Positions 36,702 through 46,225 of a stretch of 53,069 nucleotides of DNA are shown piece by piece. The DNA is from a virus (Duplodnaviria > Caudoviricetes): positions 1-53,069 of the IMG/VR virus record IMGVR_UViG_3300008267_000065. One strand, written 5' to 3'. The notes under the pieces are model-generated. The model was not told where the DNA came from. It saw only the letters and a program-made list of their open reading frames with translations, and did no database searches. The position numbers and the translations under genes are program-made. Every line of letters starts with the position of its first letter. Position 1 is the first letter of the stretch.

Positions 36702-37040
36702 ATGATAAACAGGTACAGATCAAGAAATGTAATAACAAACGATAATGACATGTACTCAGAAGTCTTTAATGAACGAAACATGAAAATTGTAAGACAATAT
36801 GAAAGTCCAAATGATTATCGCCCACCACCGGCAGATTACAAAAAAGTCCAAACAGTAAGGCATGTTTGGACAGTTGGAGATAGGTATTATAAATTAGCAT
36901 ATCAATACTATGGTGATGTAAAAGATTGGTGGATAATAGCTAAATTTAATAATAAACCAACAGAAGCGCACATAAAACTAGGTGAAGTTATACTTATACC
37001 AACAAGAATAGAAGAAGTTATAAATCTTTTTAGATTATAG
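36702..37040 (+). CDS. LysM-like baseplate wedge protein (gp53/tail X-like)
   Basis: GDRYYKLAYQYYGD..DWWIIAKFN...GEVILIP. Confidence 0.75.
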   Translation: MINRYRSRNVITNDNDMYSEVFNERNMKIVRQYESPNDYRPPPADYKKVQTVRHVWTVGDRYYKLAYQYYGDVKDWWIIAKFNNKPTEAHIKLGEVILIPTRIEEVINLFRL

Positions 37041-37054
37041 AAATGAGGTTGTAG

Positions 37055-40000
37055 ATGGCAGATGTTGACCCTGGCAATAAAATAAGGACTGAAAAAGGTT
37101 TAGTTGTTAGAGATAAAAAAGATGGTGGTGCACAATACAGACTATATTGGGGTTCTTTTAAAGGTGCAACTGGTACGCACACTACCTATTTTTTTAATCA
37201 AAATAACAGTATTTTAGAACCTGGCAATTCAGTTTTTACAAAATTAAAAAAATACTACGTGGATGATCCCTCAAACTGTGATATTTATTTTTATTTTTTG
37301 ACAGCTTTTGACTATTCAAGGATTATAGATTATTTATTTTATACTAAAAATATAAATATTCAAAAGGCTAGGGAATATTATAACGATCCCAACTACAAGA
37401 CAAACCCAGGAGGATTTGGCTTGCTGCAGCGCGCCGTCAGTATTGCAAAAGATTTTGCTAATAACTTATCAAATAAAGCGCAAATTTACATAATAGGATC
37501 AGAAGGTCATAATCTTAAGCCGATGCGGACGGAACTTGATCACCAAAGCACCTTTATAAGAAATTCGGGTTATAATAAAGAACAAATATACGAAGGACAA
37601 CACTGGGAGCCTTTTGTTAGATTAATAAATGGCCTTATTGGCAGTAGCAGTCCCGTTACTGAAGAACCAATTAAATTTATTAAATTTAGAAATGGCTTAA
37701 CCTATCCACAATTTGAGCAAGAAGTTAGAGAATTTATACACCAACAACAAGCAGCGAGACTTATCGTCAAAGGAGCAGGTATAAACCATAATCTTGATGA
37801 ATATCTTGTTAAAAAACCTGCAGATGCACCAAGAGCAACAACAAAACCATCCACCTCAACATCCTCCTCCACTTCATCACCCTCATCATCCACACCTACA
37901 TCTCCTCCAACCGCACCAACTGAAACAGATGACGTTCGCCAAAAACGTGAACAAAAAATAATAACAGCAAATAAAACAAGAATAAATGAACAAGCCGCAT
38001 TAATCATAAATGCTGACAGGTTTTTAGCACAGAAATATAATATTGTCGATAAAGCTAATGATCAAAGGACTTCTAAGCTGGCAAGAAAGGACGAAGTCTA
38101 TGAAAACTTTGTTTTATATAGAAATGGTAGCGCTGACGGCGCAGGTGGTCATATTGACTTTACAAAAAATCTGATCAAAACAGAAGAGTTCAGATCTCTC
38201 CTAAGAGACGCCGATCCTGCATTATTATCTGCTTTGACACCAGCTATAAGAATATATAAAGTATTCTATCCAAGCAAAACAAAAACAGGTACAAAAAGAG
38301 GAAATCAATCTTTTTCTTGGTTGGTTCCTTTTGATGAAGTTCCGTTTAATGTAAAAAGAGGAGAAGTTGCAAAAACATCTGCTTATTTAGGAACCAATAA
38401 ACAAGATTCAATAAATAAAATACTAAACGGAGAATCAAAGCTCCATGGAGCAGGAATAAAATCGTTTAGTTACAAGTTCATAGGAACAAATCCAGCAGAA
38501 GTAAACAGTAGAATTGACGCTGATTTAGAACTATATTTCCAGGATGTAAGAGACTTAATAAAAGTAATAGATGTTGGAGCACAAGATAAAAATTTTATTG
38601 GTGACCCTAAACCAACTGCTACACTAAAGTTTTCATACGCCGATCTTATTGCCGATTCTCCATTGTATAAATCAACCGATTCAAATCCTATAATAAATGA
38701 AGATTATTATAGAATAAAAATAGCGGTTGGATATTCTATTCCTCCAAAGTCTTATCTAAAGAAGTTGTTAAATGAAGACGATGATTCTAAAATACAAAAA
38801 CTAATAGATGCTCTAAAAAAAGCAACTGTTGTGCTTTATTTAAACCCTCATACACATCAAGTTTCATTTGATGAAACCGGTTCTGTCATACTAAAAATTA
38901 AATATACCTGTGCTATGACAACAGATAAAACAAATTTAAACTGTTTAAGAATTGCTAAAGATTCCTATACAAAACTTAAAACAGCAGAGGAAGCTTATGA
39001 TAATGCTTTATCAAGTGCTACTACCTCCGACAATAAAGAAAAAGCAAAGAAAGCTTTATATAAAGAATTGGCAGATGTTGAATATAACAAAAACGAAGTA
39101 TATGCAGAAATTTTTTCAAGATTAACTGGTGTGCATAGAAGTACAAACACAACTAAATATAAATTATTTGAAGCAGTTTTTAACGCAGAAGCGCTTGGTT
39201 TAACACCGACGGGTGAATTACAAACAGACACAACAAAACTTTATGAAAATTTAGATAAAGCAAGACAAGTTAAATCCTTTCAAACTACAAAATTTGGTCA
39301 AGAGGATCGTGGATATTATTTAACTCAAAATCCTGCTATTCCGGACGATGCGATTATCAAACCAGATATGAATGACGCACAGCGCAACGACGCCGTTGCA
39401 AAATTACGAGAATATTATTCTAATTTAGCACCACAAACAAATTTAAGCAAAACTGACCCAAGTTTAGCAAAAGGTTTGTTCCCTGTAAAATTCATGTTTT
39501 TTGGAGACATATTTGACACATTTTGTGAAATATTAGATAACGTAGATTACGAAGAAGATAGACCAAAAATAGTATTAACCGAATTTGCTCTTGATATACC
39601 AGTTTCTTATAAAAGTGGTGAAGGTCAAAATGGCATAAAATATCAAAATTTTGTTTTTAACATAGCTGACATACCTGTATCTCTTGAAATGTTTAGATAC
39701 TTTTTTATGGAACGAGTCGTAAAACAACGCCTATCAAAATATGATCTATTCTCCTTAATAACAGATCTTCTTGTGGATGTTATATCAAACTCGGTCTCTA
39801 CATCCTATTTTGGATCCAAAGGTGTATTAAATAATTCTGTACGTATGACTTCTTTATCTTTATCTTTCCCAAAAGCAAAAGATAAGGATGTATTAGAAGG
39901 TATCAGAGAAAGAAATTCTGGTGCACCACAAAAATACAATGGCATAATACTTGGAACAAACATTAAAGATAAAAGACAAGAACTAATACAGTCTACTACA

Positions 40001-40522
40001 TTAGAGACATTTTCAGGAAATATAAGCAATTATTCAATAATGCATACATCTAATCAATTTCCACAAATTATTAGAAGTAATAATGGAGTTGTTGACAAAG
40101 ATGAAGCAGCAGGTATATTTCATATGTACGTTGGATCAAACAGGGGTTTAATTAAAAAAATAGATTTTGTTAAGCAGGATATGCCTTTTTATAAAGAGAT
40201 GAAGTTTAGATCTAGTTTTGGTGAAAAAAGTTTAGGAAGATTATTAGAAGTTTATGATGCAAACATAACAATGTTTGGAAATAATATTTATAGACCTGGT
40301 GATTTTTTGTATATTGAACCTATATTTTTTTCAACCAGTCAGGCAGCAGCAGATTTAGGCAGATTAGGTTTGGGCGGCTATTATATGGTTATGGACGTTG
40401 AAACAAAAATGTCGTCTGATAGCTATGAAACTGTTCTAAGAACAAAAATAGTTGGAAGGGTAGAAAATGGTAGTGTAGAATCCTTTGCGCCATATCGAGG
40501 CGGCGCGCCGATTAAACTATAG
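37055..40522 (+). CDS. large baseplate hub-like protein
   Basis: C-terminal ITMFGN..RPGD.LYI...GGYYMV..V motif typical of hub/VgrG-like folds; S/T/P linker. Confidence 0.55.
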   Translation: MADVDPGNKIRTEKGLVVRDKKDGGAQYRLYWGSFKGATGTHTTYFFNQNNSILEPGNSVFTKLKKYYVDDPSNCDIYFYFLTAFDYSRIIDYLFYTKNINIQKAREYYNDPNYKTNPGGFGLLQRAVSIAKDFANNLSNKAQIYIIGSEGHNLKPMRTELDHQSTFIRNSGYNKEQIYEGQHWEPFVRLINGLIGSSSPVTEEPIKFIKFRNGLTYPQFEQEVREFIHQQQAARLIVKGAGINHNLDEYLVKKPADAPRATTKPSTSTSSSTSSPSSSTPTSPPTAPTETDDVRQKREQKIITANKTRINEQAALIINADRFLAQKYNIVDKANDQRTSKLARKDEVYENFVLYRNGSADGAGGHIDFTKNLIKTEEFRSLLRDADPALLSALTPAIRIYKVFYPSKTKTGTKRGNQSFSWLVPFDEVPFNVKRGEVAKTSAYLGTNKQDSINKILNGESKLHGAGIKSFSYKFIGTNPAEVNSRIDADLELYFQDVRDLIKVIDVGAQDKNFIGDPKPTATLKFSYADLIADSPLYKSTDSNPIINEDYYRIKIAVGYSIPPKSYLKKLLNEDDDSKIQKLIDALKKATVVLYLNPHTHQVSFDETGSVILKIKYTCAMTTDKTNLNCLRIAKDSYTKLKTAEEAYDNALSSATTSDNKEKAKKALYKELADVEYNKNEVYAEIFSRLTGVHRSTNTTKYKLFEAVFNAEALGLTPTGELQTDTTKLYENLDKARQVKSFQTTKFGQEDRGYYLTQNPAIPDDAIIKPDMNDAQRNDAVAKLREYYSNLAPQTNLSKTDPSLAKGLFPVKFMFFGDIFDTFCEILDNVDYEEDRPKIVLTEFALDIPVSYKSGEGQNGIKYQNFVFNIADIPVSLEMFRYFFMERVVKQRLSKYDLFSLITDLLVDVISNSVSTSYFGSKGVLNNSVRMTSLSLSFPKAKDKDVLEGIRERNSGAPQKYNGIILGTNIKDKRQELIQSTTLETFSGNISNYSIMHTSNQFPQIIRSNNGVVDKDEAAGIFHMYVGSNRGLIKKIDFVKQDMPFYKEMKFRSSFGEKSLGRLLEVYDANITMFGNNIYRPGDFLYIEPIFFSTSQAAADLGRLGLGGYYMVMDVETKMSSDSYETVLRTKIVGRVENGSVESFAPYRGGAPIKL

Positions 40523-40530
40523 GAGACAAA

Positions 40531-41820
40531 ATGACTTTTGATGATAAATTATATTATCCCTCAAGAAGCAAAAACGATACCGATTCAACAACTGTTTTGT
40601 TTGAGGCAAGAGATTTCTTTAAAAAATATACAACTCCTTATGCTGAATATCGTGCGCTAACTTCTATTAACTCTAAAGTTAGTTTTGAAAATAGAAGAAT
40701 TATTCCTTTTAGTGATTTATACAGAGAAAACAGTTTATATGGAACAATAGATGATGAAGGTGATATAATATCACCGCTACCAACTATGAGTAATTTTAGA
40801 AGTGTTGGAAATGATATTGATGGAAATATAATTTATTTACAAAATTTTGTTGCAGACGCTATGACAGATATGGTAAAGTATCTAGATGATCGAATGACAG
40901 CTGGATGTGTTGGAGCTTTACCAGCAGATATAGCAGGATCACAATTTTTACATTTAAAAGTAAAAAAAGCATACAAGCCGTCCTCTGAAGTATCAAGTTT
41001 ATACTCAGCAAATGCAGTAATAACAGCAAATAAATTTAAAGAATACTGCAATTCAAATAAAGGACTCGACTCAGCGATTAAAGATCCTGTAGAATTTACA
41101 AAGCATTATTTGTACTTTTTAAAAGACCACATAGATATCATACCTGCAACAAAAACAAGATTTCAAGCGGCCATGTATTTTGAATCGTTAAATAACGGTA
41201 TTACATTCTCTTTATCCGACGATGACTGTGGAGATGATGAAAACAAATATGAAAAATATATGTTAGATAAAATGTTTCTAATGTTTTCAGATGCATGTAT
41301 ACGTTATGGATTTAGGATGGATAAAAATAATATTTTTCTTCTACACGCAGATTTAAATTCGCCAGCTATGAAACCATATTTACAAAAATATGGATTAACA
41401 GATTATAAAGATGTGTTTAAAAAAAGATATAAAAAAATATATGTAGAAGACATAGAATCATTAAAAGAATATTTTATAGATTCTTATAAATCATTTTTAA
41501 CAAATAATAACTATTATAAAAAATATGTAAATGAAGTTAAGTATGTTAGTGAAATAAAAATTTTAACAAGAAAAACACTAGAAAGTGAACAAGATGAAAA
41601 AAATTATTTTAGAAAATTTCCTGATTCATTTTGGATAAAATTATATATTCAATATAAATCTTCTGAGTTAAAATACAACTTTAATAATAAAGAAATAGAG
41701 TATCTAACTAGGAAAACATCTTCCATGTATTCGCTTAACAAAAAAGACGGATTAAAATATATAAATGATAAATTTAATGAATTAAAAAATAACATGAATT
41801 TTTCCTCTTCCAAGAAATAA
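40531..41820 (+). CDS. hypothetical protein (end of tail module)
   Basis: AGGAG RBS; long ORF; no recognised motif. Confidence 0.6.
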   Translation: MTFDDKLYYPSRSKNDTDSTTVLFEARDFFKKYTTPYAEYRALTSINSKVSFENRRIIPFSDLYRENSLYGTIDDEGDIISPLPTMSNFRSVGNDIDGNIIYLQNFVADAMTDMVKYLDDRMTAGCVGALPADIAGSQFLHLKVKKAYKPSSEVSSLYSANAVITANKFKEYCNSNKGLDSAIKDPVEFTKHYLYFLKDHIDIIPATKTRFQAAMYFESLNNGITFSLSDDDCGDDENKYEKYMLDKMFLMFSDACIRYGFRMDKNNIFLLHADLNSPAMKPYLQKYGLTDYKDVFKKRYKKIYVEDIESLKEYFIDSYKSFLTNNNYYKKYVNEVKYVSEIKILTRKTLESEQDEKNYFRKFPDSFWIKLYIQYKSSELKYNFNNKEIEYLTRKTSSMYSLNKKDGLKYINDKFNELKNNMNFSSSKK

Positions 41821-41836
41821 TTTGCCGTGCTATTCT
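41808..41836 (+). promoter_or_regulatory. possible sigma70-type promoter for the replication block
   Basis: TTCCAA-N17-TATTCT with TGn extended -10. Confidence 0.35.
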
Positions 41837-41861
41837 ATGCAGAAGTTAAAATGAGGTTAAA

Positions 41862-43070
41862 TTGATATTTCAAACACTAGACGACAAAAAAGAATGTATT
41901 GGAGTATATGCAGAAGGAAAGTTAAACACGGGTAATATACCAAATAACCTAACAGAAACCTGGTCTTATTCATCTTTTTTAAAAGGTAAAGATATAGAAT
42001 ATGCCAAACTATATTGTGAAGGAAAGAATATAGCGGACATATGTCCAGAAAACTTAAAAGAAGAGTACGATAAAGTAGTTAAAAAACTACACTCATTCAA
42101 TAATTCATTTAAAGAAGCTAAGATAGATTTATCAGAAAATTGTTTTTTTGATTTAACTCCAAAGAAGTTTTTAATTGACTATTGTGAAGTAAAAAACAAA
42201 ATAACAAAACACGTACTAGAAACATATAAAAAACCAGTAGAGTATGACTTTTATAGAAGATTTAATGAAATTATTGTAGATATAGAAGAACGTGAATTAA
42301 ACGTAGATTTTGAGCAGATGAAGAAAAACATCGCTAAAGACAAAGATTTAGTTCACTATCGCAGATTGTTAAATGTTGATGATAAAGTATCTTACAATCT
42401 TTTTGGCTCAATAACAGGTAGGCTATCTACAAATAAAAATAGCTTTCCAATTCTTAACTTCCCAAAAAGTTTTAGAAATGTTATAAAACCTCAAAATGAT
42501 TGGTTTGTTGCATTTGACATGAATGCAGCAGAACTAAGAACTTCTCTTGCACTAGTAGAAAAAGATCAACCAGAAGAAGATCTATATGAAACTATTTCAA
42601 GAGAAATTTACGAAGATAAGCATACAAGAAAAGAAGTAAAAGAAGCTACAACTGCTTGGCTATATAATTCTAATAATGAACTTGCAACAAAATACGCAGA
42701 TAAGCTAGATGAAATGTTTTGGAAAGAAACACTTATAAACACACATTGGGATGGAAAATATGTTTATACACCATTTAATAGAAAAATTGAAAGTGATAAG
42801 TTCCATGCTATTTCGTATCTAAATCAAAGTACGTTTATAGATTTATGGCATAGACAAACAATAAAAGTAGATGACTATTTATCAGACAAAAAATCTTTTA
42901 TTGCTTTTCTTCTGCATGATGAATTAGTGCTAGATATAACCGACGATGAACGCGGTGATCTACCAGAAATTATAAAACTAATACAAGATACTCAATTTGG
43001 TAAATTTCTTGTTAATGTAAAAGCTGGTAAAGATTACGGCAATATGAAGAAACTAAAAATTAAGGTATAA
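41862..43070 (+). CDS. minimal family-A DNA polymerase-like protein
   Basis: TGRLS, motif A FDMNAAELR, motif B RKEVK...WLY, QST, motif C LHDELVLD; GAGG RBS, TTG start. Confidence 0.75.
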   Translation: MIFQTLDDKKECIGVYAEGKLNTGNIPNNLTETWSYSSFLKGKDIEYAKLYCEGKNIADICPENLKEEYDKVVKKLHSFNNSFKEAKIDLSENCFFDLTPKKFLIDYCEVKNKITKHVLETYKKPVEYDFYRRFNEIIVDIEERELNVDFEQMKKNIAKDKDLVHYRRLLNVDDKVSYNLFGSITGRLSTNKNSFPILNFPKSFRNVIKPQNDWFVAFDMNAAELRTSLALVEKDQPEEDLYETISREIYEDKHTRKEVKEATTAWLYNSNNELATKYADKLDEMFWKETLINTHWDGKYVYTPFNRKIESDKFHAISYLNQSTFIDLWHRQTIKVDDYLSDKKSFIAFLLHDELVLDITDDERGDLPEIIKLIQDTQFGKFLVNVKAGKDYGNMKKLKIKV

Positions 43071-43072
43071 AA

Positions 43073-43897
43073 ATGACTGTTATAGGATTGGGTGAAGCTG
43101 GATGTAGTATTGCTGAGTTGTTTGAAGGTAACGATAAATTTAACGTTAAATTGTTTGATACAAACATAGAGGGTGATAACTGTTTTTCACTTCAAAAACA
43201 AGCATCTCCGGAATCGTATGAAAAACACTTCCCAGATGTTCAAAAGTTTCTTGAAGATAGTGATGAGGAAATTTTATTCTTTGTAGCTGGTGGCGGTAAT
43301 ATAAGTGGTGCTACATTGAAGCTATTAAATTATGTTAAGGACAGAAAAATATACGTTGTATATATAAAACCAGACATTCAATCGTTAGACAATATGCAAA
43401 AAATGCAAGATAGACTTGTATATAACGTATTGCAGGAATATACAAGAAGCGGTATGTTTACTGGTATGATTGTTGTTTCAAATGAACAACTAGAGAATGT
43501 ATGTGGCGAAGTCCCAGCATACACGTATTATCTAACGCTAAACAAGCTGCTTGTTAACACAATACTTGCTATAAAAAATGGTATGCAAAAAGAGCCAATA
43601 TACGACACATATTCTAGTCCAAGAGAAGTAGCGTGTATTGCTACATATGGTGTATATGATTTAAAAACAGATGAAGAAAAATTTTTTTATGATCTATCCA
43701 ACATAGAAAACAAATGTTACTATTTTTTCATAAACAAAAATAGGTTAGAAAATGATGGTCATCTATTTAAAGAAATAAAAAATACGATGAAAAAAAAATC
43801 TGTTGACAGCGTAAAAATTTCCTGTATAATACATGAAACTGACTCGGAAGAAGATTTTTGTTATGTAACAGCAAATTCTTCAAAAATCCAAAGATGA
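43073..43897 (+). CDS. divergent tubulin/FtsZ-family protein
   Basis: N-terminal VIGLGEAGCSIA, DT, and FFVAGGGNISG (variant of the GGGTGSG signature), then IKP and IVVSN. Confidence 0.65.
   Translation: MTVIGLGEAGCSIAELFEGNDKFNVKLFDTNIEGDNCFSLQKQASPESYEKHFPDVQKFLEDSDEEILFFVAGGGNISGATLKLLNYVKDRKIYVVYIKPDIQSLDNMQKMQDRLVYNVLQEYTRSGMFTGMIVVSNEQLENVCGEVPAYTYYLTLNKLLVNTILAIKNGMQKEPIYDTYSSPREVACIATYGVYDLKTDEEKFFYDLSNIENKCYYFFINKNRLENDGHLFKEIKNTMKKKSVDSVKISCIIHETDSEEDFCYVTANSSKIQR
43803..43830 (+). promoter_or_regulatory. consensus sigma70 promoter within the 3' end of the tubulin-like gene
   Basis: TTGACA-N16-TATAAT. Confidence 0.7.
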
Positions 43898-43904
43898 GAA
43901 TATT

Positions 43905-44144
43905 ATGAAAACTTTTAGAGCAACATTTAGAAAAAAAGACGGCTCGATTAGAGAAATGTTTTTTGCAAAATTAAAAGACTTGCCGCCAGAATTTTTAGCT
44001 GGTAAAGTAAAGGGGAAGAGTTCGCCGCCTCTCAAAGAAGGAACAGAATTGGTTTGGGATTTAGATCTAAATGAATTTAGAATTGTAAATTGGACAACTG
44101 TTCTTGGCGACGTAGACGAAAAAGAAGAAAATATTGTACTTTAA
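43905..44144 (+). CDS. small SH3/Sm-like beta-barrel protein (WYL_2-like)
   Basis: FRKKDGSIREM...VWDLD..EFR pattern. Confidence 0.6.
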   Translation: MKTFRATFRKKDGSIREMFFAKLKDLPPEFLAGKVKGKSSPPLKEGTELVWDLDLNEFRIVNWTTVLGDVDEKEENIVL

Positions 44145-44219
44145 CTCTCCATTTTAGCGTGGTAGAGTTCACAGCAAGTTCGGCGGGAGATTTACCGACC
44201 GACTCACAGGAGAAATAAA

Positions 44220-45002
44220 ATGGCTATTGATATCAAGAAGATGAAGGCAAAACTTGACGCACTAAACAGTAAGGGTGGAAGTGGTAACAAGACTTCGTTC
44301 TGGAGTCCAAAAGAAGGTAACAGTTATTCAGTACGTATTGTTCCAACACCAGACGGTGATCCATTTAAGGAATACTGGTTTCACTATGAACTAGGTACTC
44401 AAGGAGGCTTCCTATGCCCGAAGAAGAACTTTGGTGATAATTGCCCAGCTTGTGATTTTGCCAGCAAGCTATATAAAGAGAAGAATGAAGAAAGTGCCAA
44501 AATGGCTAAAAAGTTTCTTCCACGTCAACGATTCTTCTCACCAGTTGTTGTAAGAGGTGAAGAATCAGACGGCATTAAGATTTGGGGATATGGCAAGCTT
44601 GCATATCAGGATATGATTAATCTTGTACTAAATCCAGACTACGGAGATATTACAGACCCAGAAGAGGGTACAGATCTAACAATTGCTTCCAGCAAAGCTC
44701 CTGGTCAATCATTCCCAACAACCAAGATCACACCAGCTCGTAAAACCAGTAAACTATGCCAAGGTAGTTCACAAGATTGTAAGGAACTACTAGACTCTAT
44801 GCCAGATTTTGAGAAGCTACATACTCGTAAATCTTCAAGTGAAGTTGGTCAGATTCTAGATGAGCATCTAGCTGGTGCTGACGCAGAAGAAGAAAGCAGT
44901 GAGACTGTAAAGTTTGGCAGCAAACAAGCTGTTAAACCAGTTGTCCGCAAGCAAGAACGCAATCCAGTCGATGAAGCATTTGATGCACTTTTGGACTCTT
45001 AA
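44220..45002 (+). CDS. single-stranded DNA-binding protein (T4 gp32-like)
   Basis: VRIVP, HY...C...CPAC Zn site, IWGYGK, DITDPEEGTD, acidic C-terminus DEAFDALLDS. Confidence 0.85.
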   Translation: MAIDIKKMKAKLDALNSKGGSGNKTSFWSPKEGNSYSVRIVPTPDGDPFKEYWFHYELGTQGGFLCPKKNFGDNCPACDFASKLYKEKNEESAKMAKKFLPRQRFFSPVVVRGEESDGIKIWGYGKLAYQDMINLVLNPDYGDITDPEEGTDLTIASSKAPGQSFPTTKITPARKTSKLCQGSSQDCKELLDSMPDFEKLHTRKSSSEVGQILDEHLAGADAEEESSETVKFGSKQAVKPVVRKQERNPVDEAFDALLDS

Positions 45003-45027
45003 CAACAAAAATTTAGCGTAGTATAAG
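44999..45027 (+). promoter_or_regulatory. possible sigma70-type promoter for recA
   Basis: TTAACA-N17-TATAAG, abutting a hairpin. Confidence 0.4.
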
Positions 45028-45059
45028 AAGGGAGTGGGTGCAAATCTGCTCCCTTCTTT
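45025..45059 (+). terminator. GNRA-loop hairpin between SSB and RecA
   Basis: AAGAAGGGAGTGGGT-GCAA-ATCTGCTCCCTTCTT. Confidence 0.65.
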
Positions 45060-45076
45060 CATAATCCGAGGAAAAT

Positions 45077-46210
45077 ATGGCTAAAAAAGCACCATCATCA
45101 GCAGGAAAAATAAGTATCGCAGATATGCGAGCAATGATTAACAAAAAAAGTGGAAGAGAAGTAGCATATGATCTTCAAGATCAAAATCCAACAGAAGTAA
45201 CTGAGTGGATTCCAACAGGCTCACGATGGCTTGATTCAATTATTTGCAGGGGTAAACTAGCTGGTGTTCCTGTCGGTAAGATTAGCGAACTAGCAGGCGA
45301 AACAGCCAGCGGCAAAAGCTATATGGCTGCACAGATTGCAGCAAATGCCCAAAAAATGGGTATTTCTGTAGTCTATTTTGATAGCGAAAGCGCTATTGAC
45401 CCAGACTTTCTAGAAAAAGCAGGGTGTAATATTGAGAATCTGCTATATGTTCAAGCAGACTCTGTTGAGTTTGTTCTTGAAACAATTGAAGATCTGTTGA
45501 AGAGTACAGATGATAAATTCTTGTTTGTATGGGATTCAATGGCACTTACACCAAGCAAGACTGATATTGAAGGTGATTTTGATCCACAATCATCAATGGC
45601 TGTTAAACCAAGAATTCTATCAAAAGGTTTATCAAAGCTAATCCAGCCAATTGCCAATAAGCAAAGCACCCTGCTTATTCTTAATCAATTAAAGACAAAT
45701 CTAAATGTACAAAATATTAAATACGCAACAGATAGTGAAAAGTATACAACTCCAGGCGGAAAAGCTCTTGCATATTCTTATAGTCTCCGTATATGGCTAA
45801 CAGGTCGTAAGGGAAAAGATGATTATGTAAATGATGAGCGTGGTTATAGAATTGGTTCAAAGGTTAAAGCAAGGCTAGAAAAATCACGATTTGGAACACA
45901 AGGCAGGGAGTGTCTATTCCGTATTATGTGGGGTACTGAACAAGTAGGTATTCTTGATGGAGAAAGCATCTTTGAAGCCATCAAACCATTTATTAAACAA
46001 AGTGGTGCATGGTACGAAATTGAAGTAGACGGTAAACCAAAGAAGTTCCAGCAATCTCAATGGGACGATCTTATGAAAGATGACAACTTTAGACAGACTG
46101 TTTATAGACTAATGGACGAAGAAGTAATTGTTAAATTTGATAACAGAGAGGGAGAGTCTAGTCTTTTTTATAATATCGAAGGTTCTGAACCAACCGAACA
46201 GGCGGTATAG
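45077..46210 (+). CDS. recA: RecA/UvsX recombinase
   Basis: IPTGS..LD, GETASGKS, YFDSE, VWDS, LNQL, TTPGGKAL, KSRFG. Confidence 0.93.
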   Translation: MAKKAPSSAGKISIADMRAMINKKSGREVAYDLQDQNPTEVTEWIPTGSRWLDSIICRGKLAGVPVGKISELAGETASGKSYMAAQIAANAQKMGISVVYFDSESAIDPDFLEKAGCNIENLLYVQADSVEFVLETIEDLLKSTDDKFLFVWDSMALTPSKTDIEGDFDPQSSMAVKPRILSKGLSKLIQPIANKQSTLLILNQLKTNLNVQNIKYATDSEKYTTPGGKALAYSYSLRIWLTGRKGKDDYVNDERGYRIGSKVKARLEKSRFGTQGRECLFRIMWGTEQVGILDGESIFEAIKPFIKQSGAWYEIEVDGKPKKFQQSQWDDLMKDDNFRQTVYRLMDEEVIVKFDNREGESSLFYNIEGSEPTEQAV

Positions 46211-46211
46211 T

Positions 46212-46219
46212 ACTATTTA
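46212..46219 (+). promoter_or_regulatory. candidate late-promoter motif ACTATTTA (second copy at 46338-46345)
   Basis: Precedes the small membrane ORF and the leader-bearing ORF at 46396. Confidence 0.5.
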
Positions 46220-46225
46220 TGTTTA

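Noticed and set aside
43073-43897. Evidence for a phage nucleus (chimallin-type) system
   Set aside because: A tubulin-like gene alone is insufficient; no shell protein or multisubunit RNA polymerase is recognisable, and the architecture is T4-like.
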